The notes: generated by a model not told the origin, from the letters alone. 56,194 bases of DNA from Campylobacterales bacterium (GCA_038205935.1 JBBRBK010000006.1:1-56194); one strand, 5' to 3'; counted from the stretch's first letter, positions 1 through 11,335 are shown. Program-made: numbers and translations.

Positions 1-1
1 T

Positions 2-556
2 GAGATAGTGCTCCCATTTGCGAGCTTTTCCACTAGATGCAACTTCATCAAACACAAGGAGACTCTCAGGATTTTCTTCTGCATAATTAGGAATAAACTC
101 ACTAATTTTATGTCCGCAAGCAGCGTGGAATCCAGTCATGGACTCAAAAATATTGTTGACACTTAAATATTCTAAATCAATAGGTTTACCATTCTCGTAA
201 ATTATTCGGCAATGTGTCGCAGAGTCAAGCATATTGTCAAAAAGTGCACGGTACATTTCATTGGAAACATCTAGGGATTTTGCTAGTTCTGTCTGTTTTT
301 CTAATATTTCAAGACGTTTGATATACTCTTTATTCTGTGAACGTAAAAAATATGAAAAAAGAATATAGAGGAGAACAGTAGTAATGAAGATGTAAAAAAA
401 ACCTTTATAGGTTTGTAAAAGAGCAATTTGAGTACTGTTTATAGAGATAATTTCCACCGCACTATCAGAAAAATAGATCCAAAAAATACCGACTAGACAA
501 TAGAGTAATGAGACAAACAGGGCACTTTTAACGCTGTAGCTGTCTTTTATCTGCAT
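2..556 (-). CDS. Membrane-anchored PAS-domain sensor protein (5' part only; output domain lies beyond the window edge)
   Basis: Not in the ORF track because it runs off the edge. ATG at 556 with RBS AAGAGGAG upstream. Translates MQIKDSYSVKSALFVSLLYCLVGIFWIYFSD... with two TM helices, then YRALFDNMLDS...DLEYLSVNNIFESMTG, a PAS-like motif. Confidence 0.7.
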   Translation of the reverse strand, partial: MQIKDSYSVKSALFVSLLYCLVGIFWIYFSDSAVEIISINSTQIALLQTYKGFFYIFITTVLLYILFSYFLRSQNKEYIKRLEILEKQTELAKSLDVSNEMYRALFDNMLDSATHCRIIYENGKPIDLEYLSVNNIFESMTGFHAACGHKISEFIPNYAEENPESLLVFDEVASSGKARKWEHYL

Positions 557-658
557 AAACATCTCCTCTTCACGATAATAATATAATTAAAAAAATTTAC
601 TTATGATGAAATGATTTCTCGTATTATATAACTATTTAAGAGATACCCGTTGATAGAA

Positions 659-2464
659 TCACAATCCCAAAAAAAGCTCCAAAAACTGTTCTCCGTAGCG
701 CTCGAATTTCACTTCGCCAACACCGCTTACATTTAACATCTCTTCTTTGTTTTTTGGAAGGTGTTTTGCCATCTCTTTGAGCGTCTTGTCTCCAAAGATG
801 ATGTAGGCGGGTTTGTTTTCCTCTTTTGCTATTTGCGCACGTAAGGCTCGTAATTTTTCAAAAACTTCGCTGTCAACATCTTCATCTTTATGCACGACAA
901 ACTCTTTTTTTACCTTTACATGTAGACGCTCTTCTTTGATGGAAACTTTAAGGTCATTTTTGAGTATTCTCATTCCTACATTATCCAAAACTAAAGAGCG
1001 GAATTCTCCACGTTTAAGCGCGCCGAGTTCCATTAAACGCTCGCTGATACGCTCCCAATAAGTTTTTGATTTTTCAGCACCGATGGCGTAAACAGAAAGT
1101 TTGTCGTGTCCGTTATCAAGTATCTTTTGAACACTACTTCCGCGAAGTACGTCTATCACATAGGCTTGTCCAAAACTCTGGTTTGTTCTGTAAACTGCGG
1201 AGAGAAACTTTTGCGCATCAACGGTGATATCTGTTTTTTCACCCTGCACCTCTGTACAATTATCGCAAACCGTTTCACAGTTTTCTATCTCATCTTCAAA
1301 GTAAGAAGCGATGTAATGATGACGGCACTCTTCCATAGTCGCGTAACGGCTCATCTGCTCTATCTTATTGAAAGCATTTTGCTTATATGGCGACTCTTCA
1401 AGCTGTTCTATAAACTCTCTCTGCATCACGACATCACTTCCGCTGTATAAAAGAAGCACATCAGAATCGAGTCCATCACGCCCAGCGCGTCCAATCTCCT
1501 GATAATAGTTCTCTATCGTCTTTGGCAGGTTCATATGCACGACAAAACGGATATTGCTTTTGTCTATTCCCATCCCAAAAGCGATGGTTGCAACAACGAC
1601 TTGTATCTCATCGCGCACAAAAGCTTTGAAAGTATTTTCCTTTACATGTGAGGGAAGTCCAGCGTGAAAAGCTCTGGCTTTGATGCCATTTGTATGCAAA
1701 AATACTGCCAAAGCTTCGGTCTGTTTTCTTGAAAAAGCATACACAATCCCGCTTTCGTTTTTAAAGTTTTTCAAAAATTCTAGGAGTTGTGTACGTCCAT
1801 CTTTTTCACGAGGTTCGACACTGATGTGCAGATTTTTACGAAACACTTTTCCGCGTATCTCGACAGGATTATCCAGTGTAAGTGCGTGGATAATATCTTC
1901 GGCTACTTTTGGCGTTGCCGTTGCTGTAAAAGCGGCTATGGAAATAGTGGGAAAATTCTCTCGCAAAAGATGGAGTTTTCGATAATCAACTCGAAACTCA
2001 TGCCCCCATTCACTCACACAATGCGCTTCATCAATGACAAAAAAGTTGAGTTTCAAAGATTTTAAGAAGTTTATAAATTCAAAAGAGGCAAAACGTTCCG
2101 GCGCGACATAAAGAAGTTTGATATCACAATCCACTAATCTTTGACGGATAGTTGCAATCTCCTCCTCATTTTGCATCGAGGAGATCATTTCCGCTTTAAC
2201 GCCGTTGTTTTTCAGTGCCATCACTTGATCGTACATGAGCGCTAAAAGCGGAGAAACTACGACAGTCACGCCATCCATCAGCAAAGATGGAAGCTGATAA
2301 CATAAAGATTTTCCCCCACCAGTTGGAAGGATCATCAGCAGATCTTTATGCTCTAGTATCGCATCTATCGCCCTCTCTTGAAGTGGACGAAACTCATCGT
2401 AACCGAAGTAAGATTTTAATATCTTGTGTTTGATACTTGTGCCTTTAGATAAACTGTGATGCAA
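659..2464 (-). CDS. recQ: ATP-dependent DNA helicase RecQ
   Basis: PTGGGKS, DEAHCVSEWGHEFR, ATIAFGMGIDK, YYQEIGRAGRDG, Zn-binding Cys cluster, C-terminal HRDC. Exact start uncertain. Confidence 0.97.
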   Translation of the reverse strand: MHHSLSKGTSIKHKILKSYFGYDEFRPLQERAIDAILEHKDLLMILPTGGGKSLCYQLPSLLMDGVTVVVSPLLALMYDQVMALKNNGVKAEMISSMQNEEEIATIRQRLVDCDIKLLYVAPERFASFEFINFLKSLKLNFFVIDEAHCVSEWGHEFRVDYRKLHLLRENFPTISIAAFTATATPKVAEDIIHALTLDNPVEIRGKVFRKNLHISVEPREKDGRTQLLEFLKNFKNESGIVYAFSRKQTEALAVFLHTNGIKARAFHAGLPSHVKENTFKAFVRDEIQVVVATIAFGMGIDKSNIRFVVHMNLPKTIENYYQEIGRAGRDGLDSDVLLLYSGSDVVMQREFIEQLEESPYKQNAFNKIEQMSRYATMEECRHHYIASYFEDEIENCETVCDNCTEVQGEKTDITVDAQKFLSAVYRTNQSFGQAYVIDVLRGSSVQKILDNGHDKLSVYAIGAEKSKTYWERISERLMELGALKRGEFRSLVLDNVGMRILKNDLKVSIKEERLHVKVKKEFVVHKDEDVDSEVFEKLRALRAQIAKEENKPAYIIFGDKTLKEMAKHLPKNKEEMLNVSGVGEVKFERYGEQFLELFLGL

Positions 2465-2867
2465 GAGAAACTAGACTTCTCTCATCAAGCGCGCCTGAGA
2501 CTCTATGAACCTCTTTGCCGCCTTTAAAAATGATGAGAGTCGGGATACTTCGTATGCCAAAGCGAGAGCCTAAATGCTGTTCCTCTTCTGTGTTGACTTT
2601 GACAAACTGCATCTTAAGCGGATACGAAGCCGCAACTTTTTCAAAAGTGGGTGCCATCATCTTGCACGGTCCACACCAAGGCGCCCAAAAATCGACAATA
2701 ACTGGAATATCACTATTGACTACAAGTTCATCAAAATGATTTGCTGTGAGACTGATAGGTTTTGTATCAAGCAAAGAGTTCTTACATTTTCCGCAATTTG
2801 CTTTAACATAAGACTCTTTGAGTGGAACATTATTGACTGAAAAACAGTGAGGACAGACAATTTTCAT
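2445..2867 (-). CDS. trxC: Thioredoxin 2 (Zn-finger thioredoxin)
   Basis: N-terminal CPHC and CGKC, then the WCGPC active site. Confidence 0.93.
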   Translation of the reverse strand: MKIVCPHCFSVNNVPLKESYVKANCGKCKNSLLDTKPISLTANHFDELVVNSDIPVIVDFWAPWCGPCKMMAPTFEKVAASYPLKMQFVKVNTEEEQHLGSRFGIRSIPTLIIFKGGKEVHRVSGALDERSLVSLASQFI

Positions 2868-2889
2868 ATTATCTCCTTAATTTTATTTC

Positions 2890-2990
2890 ATAAAATGAAG
2901 GGACTTCACTTTATTTAGAACGGTAAATGAACAAGTCCATTCACCTATGCTAACGCTGAGTTTCCTTCGGCAGGAAGCCCTCGCATCTTT
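2890..2990. repeat. REP/REPIN-like cluster of intergenic hairpins
   Basis: Minus strand GGTGAATGGAC-TT-GTTCATTTACC and ATAAAGTGAAG-TCC-CTTCATTTTAT (partly inverted copies of each other), plus TTTCCT-TCGGC-AGGAAG on the plus strand. Confidence 0.45.
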
Positions 2991-2998
2991 GATGCTCT

Positions 2999-3757
2999 TT
3001 ATGATCTTGGTAAAAAACTTATCAGTGCTGCTGTGATTGCGACATTGAGTGATTCTACGCCTCTGTTCATCGGAATTTTTACCGATGCGTTACAAAGAGA
3101 TTGTACCTCATTACTGATTCCATCACTCTCATTTCCTAAGATGAAAACCGCTTTTTTACTTACATGCAAGCTGTTTAAGTCATCTTTCGCAGAAGAGTTT
3201 AGCGCAAATATATCACATTCATTTTTAATCTTTTTTAAAACATCTTCCAAGGCATTACAATAATATATCGGTATTTTAAAAAGTGTTCCCGCACTTGCTT
3301 TTATCACAAGCGGAGAGATTTTTGCGCTATTTTTCTTTGGCAAGATGATCCCATCGATATTTCCAGCCGCAGCACTTCGGATAATCATCCCAAGATTTTG
3401 CGGGTTTTGAACGCCATCAAGTGCTAGAAGTCTATACTCTTTTAAGTCAGCGATCTCATTTGCGTTTTTGTAGGTTTCGGCGATAATATCAGCACATACA
3501 CCTTGATCCTGCTTCGCATTTTTAGAGATGCGTGAAAGTGCGTTTTTATCGTGATACACTATCTCAACACCTCTTTTTTTAGCCAAAGTGAGAATCGTAC
3601 TTATGACGCCATCTTGCTTATTTGAGTCTGCCAAATGCAGTTTGTGAATCGTTACATTTTCATCTTCTAAAACTTCCACGACAACATTTCTTCCATAGAC
3701 TGTTATTACTCGGTCAAAAAACGCTTTTTTATCTAAATACTCTTTTGAATCATTCAT
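2999..3757 (-). CDS. SpoU/TrmH-family (RlmB-like) 2'-O-ribose RNA methyltransferase
   Basis: LDGVQNPQNLGMIIRS, ILGNESDG, IPMNRGVESLNVA SPOUT motifs. Confidence 0.92.
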   Translation of the reverse strand: MNDSKEYLDKKAFFDRVITVYGRNVVVEVLEDENVTIHKLHLADSNKQDGVISTILTLAKKRGVEIVYHDKNALSRISKNAKQDQGVCADIIAETYKNANEIADLKEYRLLALDGVQNPQNLGMIIRSAAAGNIDGIILPKKNSAKISPLVIKASAGTLFKIPIYYCNALEDVLKKIKNECDIFALNSSAKDDLNSLHVSKKAVFILGNESDGISNEVQSLCNASVKIPMNRGVESLNVAITAALISFLPRS

Positions 3758-4386
3758 TCTTGTGCCTTTTGTATGCAGCTTTGCATTGTTGGTTCATCTG
3801 CTATTTTATAGCTTACATGGTAGGGAATTGCCCTTGCCGTAGTTGTTCCGATGACGATGATATTTTGTTTCTCTTTAAAATCATGGTGCTTTAAAAAACA
3901 CTCCACGCTTGAGGGCGAAGTGAAGATAAGCGTGGCATCATCTTCGATGCTTACATGTAAGAGTTCATGCGAACATGAAGTCTCATACACAATTACTTCG
4001 TCCATATTGTAACCTTTTTGCTTACATGTAAGGACAAAATCTGACACCACTTCTTTGGCTCGAAGATAAAGCCATCTTTTTTCTTGAGGGTAAGAAGTGA
4101 TAATCTCGAGTAAATTATTCCCATATCCGCTTCCATACTCTAATATCTTTCCACCCTCATATAAAACTGCATCTGCCGTAGGTTTTGCAACTGCCAAAAC
4201 AGGTAAACTTTTCCAACTAGCATCATAATTTTTCAGTGCTTCTATCACTTGCTTAGAAGTGATAATAAGAAAATCATAGTTTTTAAAATCAATATAGGGA
4301 GTAAAAGTGCTTACATGTAAGGAGTTTATATGTGTGACGCCCTCACTAGGTGTCAAAGAAAAAAGATAGATAGATTTTGGTTTCAT
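3754..4386 (-). CDS. hemD: Uroporphyrinogen-III synthase
   Basis: LIITSKQ, VIVYETS, IFTSPSSV, IVIGTTTA HemD pattern. Confidence 0.85.
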   Translation of the reverse strand: MKPKSIYLFSLTPSEGVTHINSLHVSTFTPYIDFKNYDFLIITSKQVIEALKNYDASWKSLPVLAVAKPTADAVLYEGGKILEYGSGYGNNLLEIITSYPQEKRWLYLRAKEVVSDFVLTCKQKGYNMDEVIVYETSCSHELLHVSIEDDATLIFTSPSSVECFLKHHDFKEKQNIIVIGTTTARAIPYHVSYKIADEPTMQSCIQKAQE

Positions 4387-4429
4387 AAAACAACTTTACT
4401 GAACTGTTAAAAAATTCCACCAAATTATG

Positions 4430-4519
4430 GAAAGTTTAGTAGGATTTGGAATGTTTTGAAGCGAAGACGTAGTGAACTACGTCGGAACTTCAATCATTTC
4501 AAAGCGTGCTGAAATTTTC
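4430..4519. repeat. About 90-bp imperfect palindrome (MITE/REP-like or terminator) between guaA and hemD
   Basis: Core GACGTAGT-GA-ACTACGTC, flanked by TTGAAG/CTTCAA and GAAAGTTTAGTA/TGCTGAAATTTTC arms. Confidence 0.6.
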
Positions 4520-4524
4520 TTAAT

Positions 4525-6075
4525 TTACTCCCACTCGATTGTTGCTGGTGGTTTTGAACTGATATCATAAACCACGCGGTTAATACCATCAACTTCATTG
4601 ATAATCCGGCGAGAGATTCTCTCTAACAAATCATGCGGAAGATAAGCAAAGGTTGCTGTCATTCCATCGACTGCTTCAACAACGCGTACACAAACTGTAT
4701 TGTCATATGTGCGGTTATCACCCATAACGCCTACAGATTTTACGTTGAGTAAAACTACAAATGCTTGCCATGTTTTTGCATAATATCCACTTGCTTTAAG
4801 CTCATCAATGAGGATAACATCAGCTTCACGTAAAAGAGTCAAATCAGGAATATTTACATCTCCCATAATACGAATCGCAAGACCCGGTCCAGGAAATGGA
4901 TGACGGTTGATCATGCCAGCAGGAAGTCCTAATTCAAGTCCTAGTTTACGCACTTCATCTTTAAAAAGTTCACGAAGTGGCTCGATAAGCTCAAAATCCA
5001 TCCAATCAGGTAAGCCACCAACATTGTGATGAGACTTAATAACTTCAGATGGTCCGTTTACTGAGATAGACTCAATAACGTCAGGATAAAGTGTTCCTTG
5101 TGCAAGGAATTTAATGCCATCATGTTTTTTCGCTTCTTTTTCAAACTCTTCTATAAACGTATGACCGATGATCTTACGTTTTGTCTCAGGATCACTGATA
5201 CCTGCGAGTTTTGTTAAGAAGTTTTCACTTGCATCAAGAGTAATCAAAGGCACTTTAAGATTGATTCTAAATACCTCTTCAACTTGTTCTCTTTCGCCTT
5301 TACGTAAAAGTCCGTTATCTACAAATACAGGAATGAGTTGATCGCCGATTGCTTCATATAAAAGGGCTGCAACAACAGAACTATCGACTCCGCCGCTAAG
5401 TCCACAAAGAACTTTACCAGTTCCCACTTTCTCGCGGATAAGCTTGATCTGCTCTTTTAAGAAGTGTTCCATTTTCCATTTATCTTCAACGCCGCATATT
5501 TTTCTTGCAAAGTTGCGAAGCATCAAATAACCCTCTTCTGAGTGTTGAACTTCTGGGTGAAACTGCATTGCATAAACACGTTTTTCTTCATTTGCAATAG
5601 CCGCGAATGGAGAGTTTTCAGAAACTGCGATAGGCAAAAATCCCTCTGGGAGCACATCGACTTTATCGCTATGGCTCATCCAAACAACACGGTCACTGTC
5701 ACAGTTATCAAGAAGTGGAGAGATTTTGCCATCATTTTCTAAAATAGTTAGTTCCGCTTTTCCATACTCGTGATGAGAACTTCTAACAACTGAACCGCCA
5801 AAATCTACAGCAATTCTTTGCATACCATAACAGATTCCAAGAACTGGAATGCCCATACTATATACGCCTTGATCTACTGTATATGCGTTTTCATTATATA
5901 CAGAAGATGGCCCACCGCTTAGGATGATCCCTTTTGGATTTTTGGATTTGATCTCATCGACTTTTGTATAATAGGGAAGAATTTCACAATAAACTTTTTC
6001 TTCACGAAGACGGCGAGCGATAAGCTGAGTGTACTGAGAACCAAAATCTAAAACGATAATGCTTACATTTGTCAT
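4525..6075 (-). CDS. guaA: GMP synthase (glutamine-hydrolysing)
   Basis: [43 protein letters not shown]. Confidence 0.99.
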   Translation of the reverse strand: MTNVSIIVLDFGSQYTQLIARRLREEKVYCEILPYYTKVDEIKSKNPKGIILSGGPSSVYNENAYTVDQGVYSMGIPVLGICYGMQRIAVDFGGSVVRSSHHEYGKAELTILENDGKISPLLDNCDSDRVVWMSHSDKVDVLPEGFLPIAVSENSPFAAIANEEKRVYAMQFHPEVQHSEEGYLMLRNFARKICGVEDKWKMEHFLKEQIKLIREKVGTGKVLCGLSGGVDSSVVAALLYEAIGDQLIPVFVDNGLLRKGEREQVEEVFRINLKVPLITLDASENFLTKLAGISDPETKRKIIGHTFIEEFEKEAKKHDGIKFLAQGTLYPDVIESISVNGPSEVIKSHHNVGGLPDWMDFELIEPLRELFKDEVRKLGLELGLPAGMINRHPFPGPGLAIRIMGDVNIPDLTLLREADVILIDELKASGYYAKTWQAFVVLLNVKSVGVMGDNRTYDNTVCVRVVEAVDGMTATFAYLPHDLLERISRRIINEVDGINRVVYDISSKPPATIEWE

Positions 6076-6185
6076 GATAAATGCCTTTAATATGGAGTAT
6101 TTATGAGTGCCAAGTGGCTTATGAAGAGGTGTTGTACCCCTTCAAATTGTTTGAAAGGATACAATAAAATAGATTAATCGATGAT

Positions 6186-7487
6186 TTAGTAAAAGCCTAA
6201 AATTTCAAACTGAACATACCAAATGGCAATAGAAACGCCGTATCCAACAAGAATAGTCCATGAATGTTTCATGTGAGCCGCAAAAGTATAAATACCTTTC
6301 ATCCTTCCCATAACACCAACACCAGCAGCACTACCAAAACTGATAAGACTTCCGCCAATTCCTGCAGTCATCGTCACAAGTAGCCACTGATCCATTCCCA
6401 TCTCTGGAGAAGACTTCAAGATAGCGCTCATAACTGGAACATTATCGACGATCGCAGATAAAAATCCTACGCCGATATTTGACGCCGTACTTCCAATTGC
6501 TCCATAAAGATTATGTACATAATGAAGGAAACCTAAAAAGTGTAGAGCACCAACGGCAGAAAGAATACCAAAGAAGAAAAGAAGCGTATCGTTTTCAACT
6601 TTTTGCATATTGATATAGATATTAAACCCTTCCGTACTCTTACGATTGAGCGTAAATGAGTAGAGTTTGAGAATTGAAAGACCAAACATCATGCCCCACA
6701 TTGCAGGGAAATTAAAAAACTGATGACCCAAAACAGCGATGATAATCGTCAACGCTCCAAGATAGACTACAACCATACCACCTTTTCTTAAGCGTGGTTG
6801 TTGTTCAGTCTGCGGATCAAACGCCGGTTTGCCAGCAGGAACTGAAAGAGAAAGCAAAGATGCAGTTACTAACCATCCAACTACAGATGCCGGAAAGAGA
6901 TATAAAAAATCTACAAAATTCGCTTTTCCTGCAGTCCAAGCCATCAATGTCGTAATATCACCAAATGGAGACCAAGCACCACCGGCATTTGCCGCAACGA
7001 CAATATTGATTGCCCCTGGAACAAGAAAAAGAGTTTTCTCTTTGTCTATTGTAAAAAGAACAGTCGATAAGATAAGTGCCGTTGTAAGGTTATCAGCAAC
7101 TGGAGAGATAAAAAATGCCAAAAGTCCTGTGAGCCAAAATAGCTTCTTATATGTATAACCTTTTGAAACAAGTTTATACTTCATAAGCTCGAAAACACCC
7201 CGTTCTATCAGTGTTTCGATATACGTCATCGCAACAAAAAGGAAGAAAAAGATCTCTGCAATCTCTAAAATAAGCGTTTCAAGCTCATTATGCATAGCAT
7301 GATTATCCAAGCCGTTTATTGCATAGTAAATCCCAATAAGCATAAACATAAACGTACCTGCAAAAAGTGCAGGTTTTGCTTTGTTGATCTCATATTTTTC
7401 TTCTGTCGCTATAAAATAGTACGCAATTATAAAAACGGCTAAAGCGACTATACCAACCCAACTGGTAGTTAAATCCAATTCGTGCAT
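6186..7487 (-). CDS. nhaD: Na+/H+ antiporter NhaD family
   Basis: ISPVADNLTT, AANAGGAWSPFGDITT, SAIVDNVPV, GGSLISFGSAAGV. Confidence 0.9.
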   Translation of the reverse strand: MHELDLTTSWVGIVALAVFIIAYYFIATEEKYEINKAKPALFAGTFMFMLIGIYYAINGLDNHAMHNELETLILEIAEIFFFLFVAMTYIETLIERGVFELMKYKLVSKGYTYKKLFWLTGLLAFFISPVADNLTTALILSTVLFTIDKEKTLFLVPGAINIVVAANAGGAWSPFGDITTLMAWTAGKANFVDFLYLFPASVVGWLVTASLLSLSVPAGKPAFDPQTEQQPRLRKGGMVVVYLGALTIIIAVLGHQFFNFPAMWGMMFGLSILKLYSFTLNRKSTEGFNIYINMQKVENDTLLFFFGILSAVGALHFLGFLHYVHNLYGAIGSTASNIGVGFLSAIVDNVPVMSAILKSSPEMGMDQWLLVTMTAGIGGSLISFGSAAGVGVMGRMKGIYTFAAHMKHSWTILVGYGVSIAIWYVQFEILGFY

Positions 7488-7498
7488 TCCTTAACTCC

Positions 7499-8941
7499 TT
7501 AATTTTCTATGGTGTGTACACCAATAGATTTCTCTCGGCCTAATGCACCAACAACTATTTCTCTTGCTGTTAGTAAACGAAACTTGAGCAGTCTACCAAT
7601 TTTTTCATTCAAAAGAGCATTAATCTGCTCTAAAGCCTCATGTAAACCCGCTTTCGTTCTTACAATAGAAACCTTATCCCACATGATTTTACGAAGCAGA
7701 TTTTTCTTCTCTTTGTCCTCTTTGTAGCTCATAACCTCATCTACGATATCAAACTCCACAGACTCTTTTTTTGTATGATCTTTAAGAATATCTTCGATGG
7801 CGCGTTTTGCAAAGACAAGACCTTCAAGAAGAGAATTTGAAGCAAGTCTGTTTGCTCCATGCACTCCAGTAGAAGCCACTTCACCGATGGCATAAAGGGA
7901 ATGAACCCCTGCCACTCTAGCACTCAAATCTGTTTTAATTCCGCCAATTGCATAATGAAAAGCTGGAGAAATAGGTACTCTATCCTGAGGTAAGTTGTAA
8001 CCAAAATCTTTCATACTGCTGTAAATATTCGGGAATCTTTTTACAAAGTACTCGTAAGAAAAGTTTTTCATACAAAGGTAAACTTCTGAACCGGTTTTCT
8101 GTTTATAGTCATAGATTGCTTTGCTGACAATATCACGAGAAGCAAGTTCACCTCTAGGATCATAATCAAAAAGAAATCTCTTTCCATTCTTATCTTCGAT
8201 GCTTGCGCCCTCGCCCCTTAGAGCTTCTGTGAGTAAAAGTTTTTGCGCCCCATCATTGCCGACATAAACGGTCGGATGAAACTGCATCATCTCCATCATC
8301 TCTAACTTCAGCCCTTTTAAAACACACAAGCCTTGCATGTCACCGCTGATGGTTGGAGCATTTGTATGAAACTCATAAAGTGAACCCACTCCGCCGCTTG
8401 CGATGATAACTTTGTCAGCGTAAATATTTCTCTGTTCTCTATGATCTAACACGGTCACACCATAGCATTCGCCATCTTTGATAAGTAAATCAACCACTCT
8501 TGAATCACAAAGCATTGGATGAGGATTATGTTCTAAAAGAAAAAGATGTACATATCTGCCAGTCGCATCGCCACCTGCATGTAAGATTCTCTCTCGTGAG
8601 TGCGCTGCTTCTTTTGTATATAAAAGGTTGCCTTCGCTGTCTTTGTCAAATTCAAATCCCATATTAATGAGATTATCGATGACAATACGAGAGTTTTGAC
8701 TTAAAACATCTACGGCATCTTTGTCACAAAGTCCATCACCAGCGTTTAAAGTATCCTCTACATGTAAGGGAATATCCTCTTTATCAACCGCCAAAGCAAT
8801 GCCGCCTTGTGCATAAAAACTGTTACATTTAAAAGTCTCACGCTTATTAATAATAAGCACTTTTTTTTCTTTTGGAAGATTCATAGCAGCATAAAGCCCT
8901 GCTATTCCAGCCCCAACTATTATCACATCATACTTTATCAT
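7499..8941 (-). CDS. nadB: L-aspartate oxidase
   Basis: GAGIAG, NSFYAQGGI, QFHPT, LLTEALRGEG, GVHGANRLASNSLLEG. Confidence 0.95.
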   Translation of the reverse strand: MIKYDVIIVGAGIAGLYAAMNLPKEKKVLIINKRETFKCNSFYAQGGIALAVDKEDIPLHVEDTLNAGDGLCDKDAVDVLSQNSRIVIDNLINMGFEFDKDSEGNLLYTKEAAHSRERILHAGGDATGRYVHLFLLEHNPHPMLCDSRVVDLLIKDGECYGVTVLDHREQRNIYADKVIIASGGVGSLYEFHTNAPTISGDMQGLCVLKGLKLEMMEMMQFHPTVYVGNDGAQKLLLTEALRGEGASIEDKNGKRFLFDYDPRGELASRDIVSKAIYDYKQKTGSEVYLCMKNFSYEYFVKRFPNIYSSMKDFGYNLPQDRVPISPAFHYAIGGIKTDLSARVAGVHSLYAIGEVASTGVHGANRLASNSLLEGLVFAKRAIEDILKDHTKKESVEFDIVDEVMSYKEDKEKKNLLRKIMWDKVSIVRTKAGLHEALEQINALLNEKIGRLLKFRLLTAREIVVGALGREKSIGVHTIEN

Positions 8942-9048
8942 TTACTTTTTACTTTCGTTTGATTGCTATCTTTCTCACCAATATAATATGGAGCGCCTTT
9001 ATAACCGCATCCAAATAAATTTAATGATAGGAGTGTTATAATCACGAC

Positions 9049-9495
9049 ATGAAAAATGCCAATCAGATTCTTTCTTCTTTGCAAAATAAACCTCAATTTT
9101 CAAAATTATCTAAGTTTCGCTGTATCCAAAAAATTCAAGAACTCTTTCCACTACATCTTCAAAATATGATCGTGTATGGATACTTTAAAAATAAAGTTCT
9201 CAATTTCGTCCTCAGCCACCCGTGGGCTAAACAAGAATTTGATATTATAATACAATCTATTAAAACACCTTTAAGACAACTTCCTCCGCAAGAGTGCTGT
9301 GAAATCAGTATCTCAGATATTAGAGCTTATGTTTCTTTTAAACCTCACAAAGAAGACGCGTTGCATAATGGTTGTAGTACTAATGAGCACTATAAAGAAA
9401 GAGCAAATGCTGAGTTTTCAAATAGTGCACAAGAGTCAAAACTACACAATGTAATAGAAGATATCAGAAAGATTATCCATGATAGACACGATTAA
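9049..9495 (+). CDS. Probable DUF721/DciA-like protein
   Basis: [18 protein letters not shown] resembles the DUF721 core. Overlaps the uvrC start. Confidence 0.5.
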   Translation: MKNANQILSSLQNKPQFSKLSKFRCIQKIQELFPLHLQNMIVYGYFKNKVLNFVLSHPWAKQEFDIIIQSIKTPLRQLPPQECCEISISDIRAYVSFKPHKEDALHNGCSTNEHYKERANAEFSNSAQESKLHNVIEDIRKIIHDRHD

Positions 9496-11275
9496 AAACC
9501 TTCCCCAAACTGCAGGAATCTATCAGTATTTTGATACAAAGGGACAACTTCTCTATATAGGAAAAGCAAAAAATCTTAAAAATCGTGTAAAAAGCTATTG
9601 GTTTTTTACACCTTCGCTACGTCCAAATCCTTCACTCAATCCTCGAATTTTAAAGATGCTTAGTGAAACGATATCGATGCATTATATTGTTGTCAATTCT
9701 GAACATGATGCGCTTATTTTAGAAAACTCTCTTATCAAACAGCTCAAACCAAAATATAATATTTTACTTCGCGATGATAAAACTTATCCTTATATCTATA
9801 TTGATTACGCTCAAAAATATCCACGCTTTGAGATTACGAGAAAAGTGGTGGATTCAAAAAATGTCAAATATTTTGGTCCATACTCTATAGGTGCAAAAGA
9901 ACTTCTTGACTCTGTTTATGAGCTTTGTAAACTTGTGCAGAAAAAAAGCTGTTTAGGTGGAAAAAAAGCATGTTTGTATTATCAGATAAAAAAATGTCTT
10001 GCACCTTGCGAATTTAATGTACAAGAAACTCTCTATCAAAAAGAGATAGATAAAGCGATAGGCTTCATAGAAAATAAAAAAGAACTCCTCAAACAGCTCA
10101 AAGAAAAGATGTTTTTTTATGCTGATGAACTTCGTTTTGAAGAAGCAAATGAGATAAAAGAGAGAATCCAAAAAATAGAAAAATCCAATATCTCTTCGCA
10201 AATCGATCTTGCAACAAACGATAATTACGATATCTTTGTTGTCTCACATAAAGAAAACCGCGCCGTTGTTGTGAGAATATTTATGAGAAATGGCAAGATC
10301 ATCTCATCCTCGCATGATTTTATTTATCTTAATGAAGGCTTTGATAAAGATGAGCTTTATTATCGCGCCCTTTTGGAGTTTTACGCCAAAGAAATTCCAC
10401 CTATCATCGCGCCGATTTTAGTCGCAGAGAGTTTTGAATCAGAGGAACTTTTAAAAGAATATCTCTCTGTTTTGTTTCAAAGAAAAGCTGAGATCAGTGT
10501 TCCAAAGATAGGTGACAAAAAACGTCTTATCGAACTTGCCCTTTTAAATGCCAATGAACTCCTTAGTAAAACTAAAGTCGATGACTCTTATGAGCTTGCC
10601 CACTCTTTACAAGAACTTTACTCTCTTCAAAGACTACCGCTGAGAATTGAAGTTTTTGACAACTCTCACATGAGCGGACAAGCAACCGTTGGGGCAATGG
10701 CTGTGTACGATAATGGAGCATTTGATAAAAAATCTTATCGTAACTATCATCTTGATGCGCGTGATGAGTATTCACAAATGAGAGAGATGCTCACAAAAAG
10801 AATAGAAAGTTTTGAAAAAAACACACCTCCTGACCTTTGGATACTTGATGGTGGAACAACACTTCTGAGTCTCGCCATCGATCTTTTAAGTTCCAATGGA
10901 GTTTTCTTAGATGTTATAGCAATCTCCAAAGAGAAAATCGATGCAAAAAGTCACAGAGCAAAAGGAGAAGCAAAAGATATCGTTCATACAAAAGAAAAAA
11001 GTTTCAATCTTAAAACGACAGATAAAAGACTACAGTTTGTGCAAAGACTTCGAGATGAAGCCCATAGACTGGCAATTACATTTCATAAAAAAACAAAACT
11101 CAAACTAGATCAAGAGACTCAACTATTGTCACTTCATGGGATTTCAAAAGCAAAAATACAAAAACTTTTAAATTATTTCGGAACATTTGAAATGATAAAA
11201 CATGCAAGCGAAGCTGATATTGCATCCTTATTGAATCAAAAAGATGCAAAAGGTATCAAAAATAGTTATAAATAA
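9479..11275 (+). CDS. uvrC: Excinuclease ABC subunit C
   Basis: GIY-YIG (GIYQY...[12 protein letters not shown]), [17 protein letters not shown], HhH tail. Confidence 0.98.
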   Translation: MIDTIKNLPQTAGIYQYFDTKGQLLYIGKAKNLKNRVKSYWFFTPSLRPNPSLNPRILKMLSETISMHYIVVNSEHDALILENSLIKQLKPKYNILLRDDKTYPYIYIDYAQKYPRFEITRKVVDSKNVKYFGPYSIGAKELLDSVYELCKLVQKKSCLGGKKACLYYQIKKCLAPCEFNVQETLYQKEIDKAIGFIENKKELLKQLKEKMFFYADELRFEEANEIKERIQKIEKSNISSQIDLATNDNYDIFVVSHKENRAVVVRIFMRNGKIISSSHDFIYLNEGFDKDELYYRALLEFYAKEIPPIIAPILVAESFESEELLKEYLSVLFQRKAEISVPKIGDKKRLIELALLNANELLSKTKVDDSYELAHSLQELYSLQRLPLRIEVFDNSHMSGQATVGAMAVYDNGAFDKKSYRNYHLDARDEYSQMREMLTKRIESFEKNTPPDLWILDGGTTLLSLAIDLLSSNGVFLDVIAISKEKIDAKSHRAKGEAKDIVHTKEKSFNLKTTDKRLQFVQRLRDEAHRLAITFHKKTKLKLDQETQLLSLHGISKAKIQKLLNYFGTFEMIKHASEADIASLLNQKDAKGIKNSYK

Positions 11276-11335
11276 GTGATATTTAGTTGATAATATGCTA
11301 TATTACCTCCAACTTAGATTTTAAGGTTTTTTTAT

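Noticed and set aside
6076..6185. Purine riboswitch upstream of guaA
   Set aside because: Only one simple hairpin (TGAAGAGGTG-TTG-TACCCCTTCA) is present, and purine aptamer consensus elements were not recognised.
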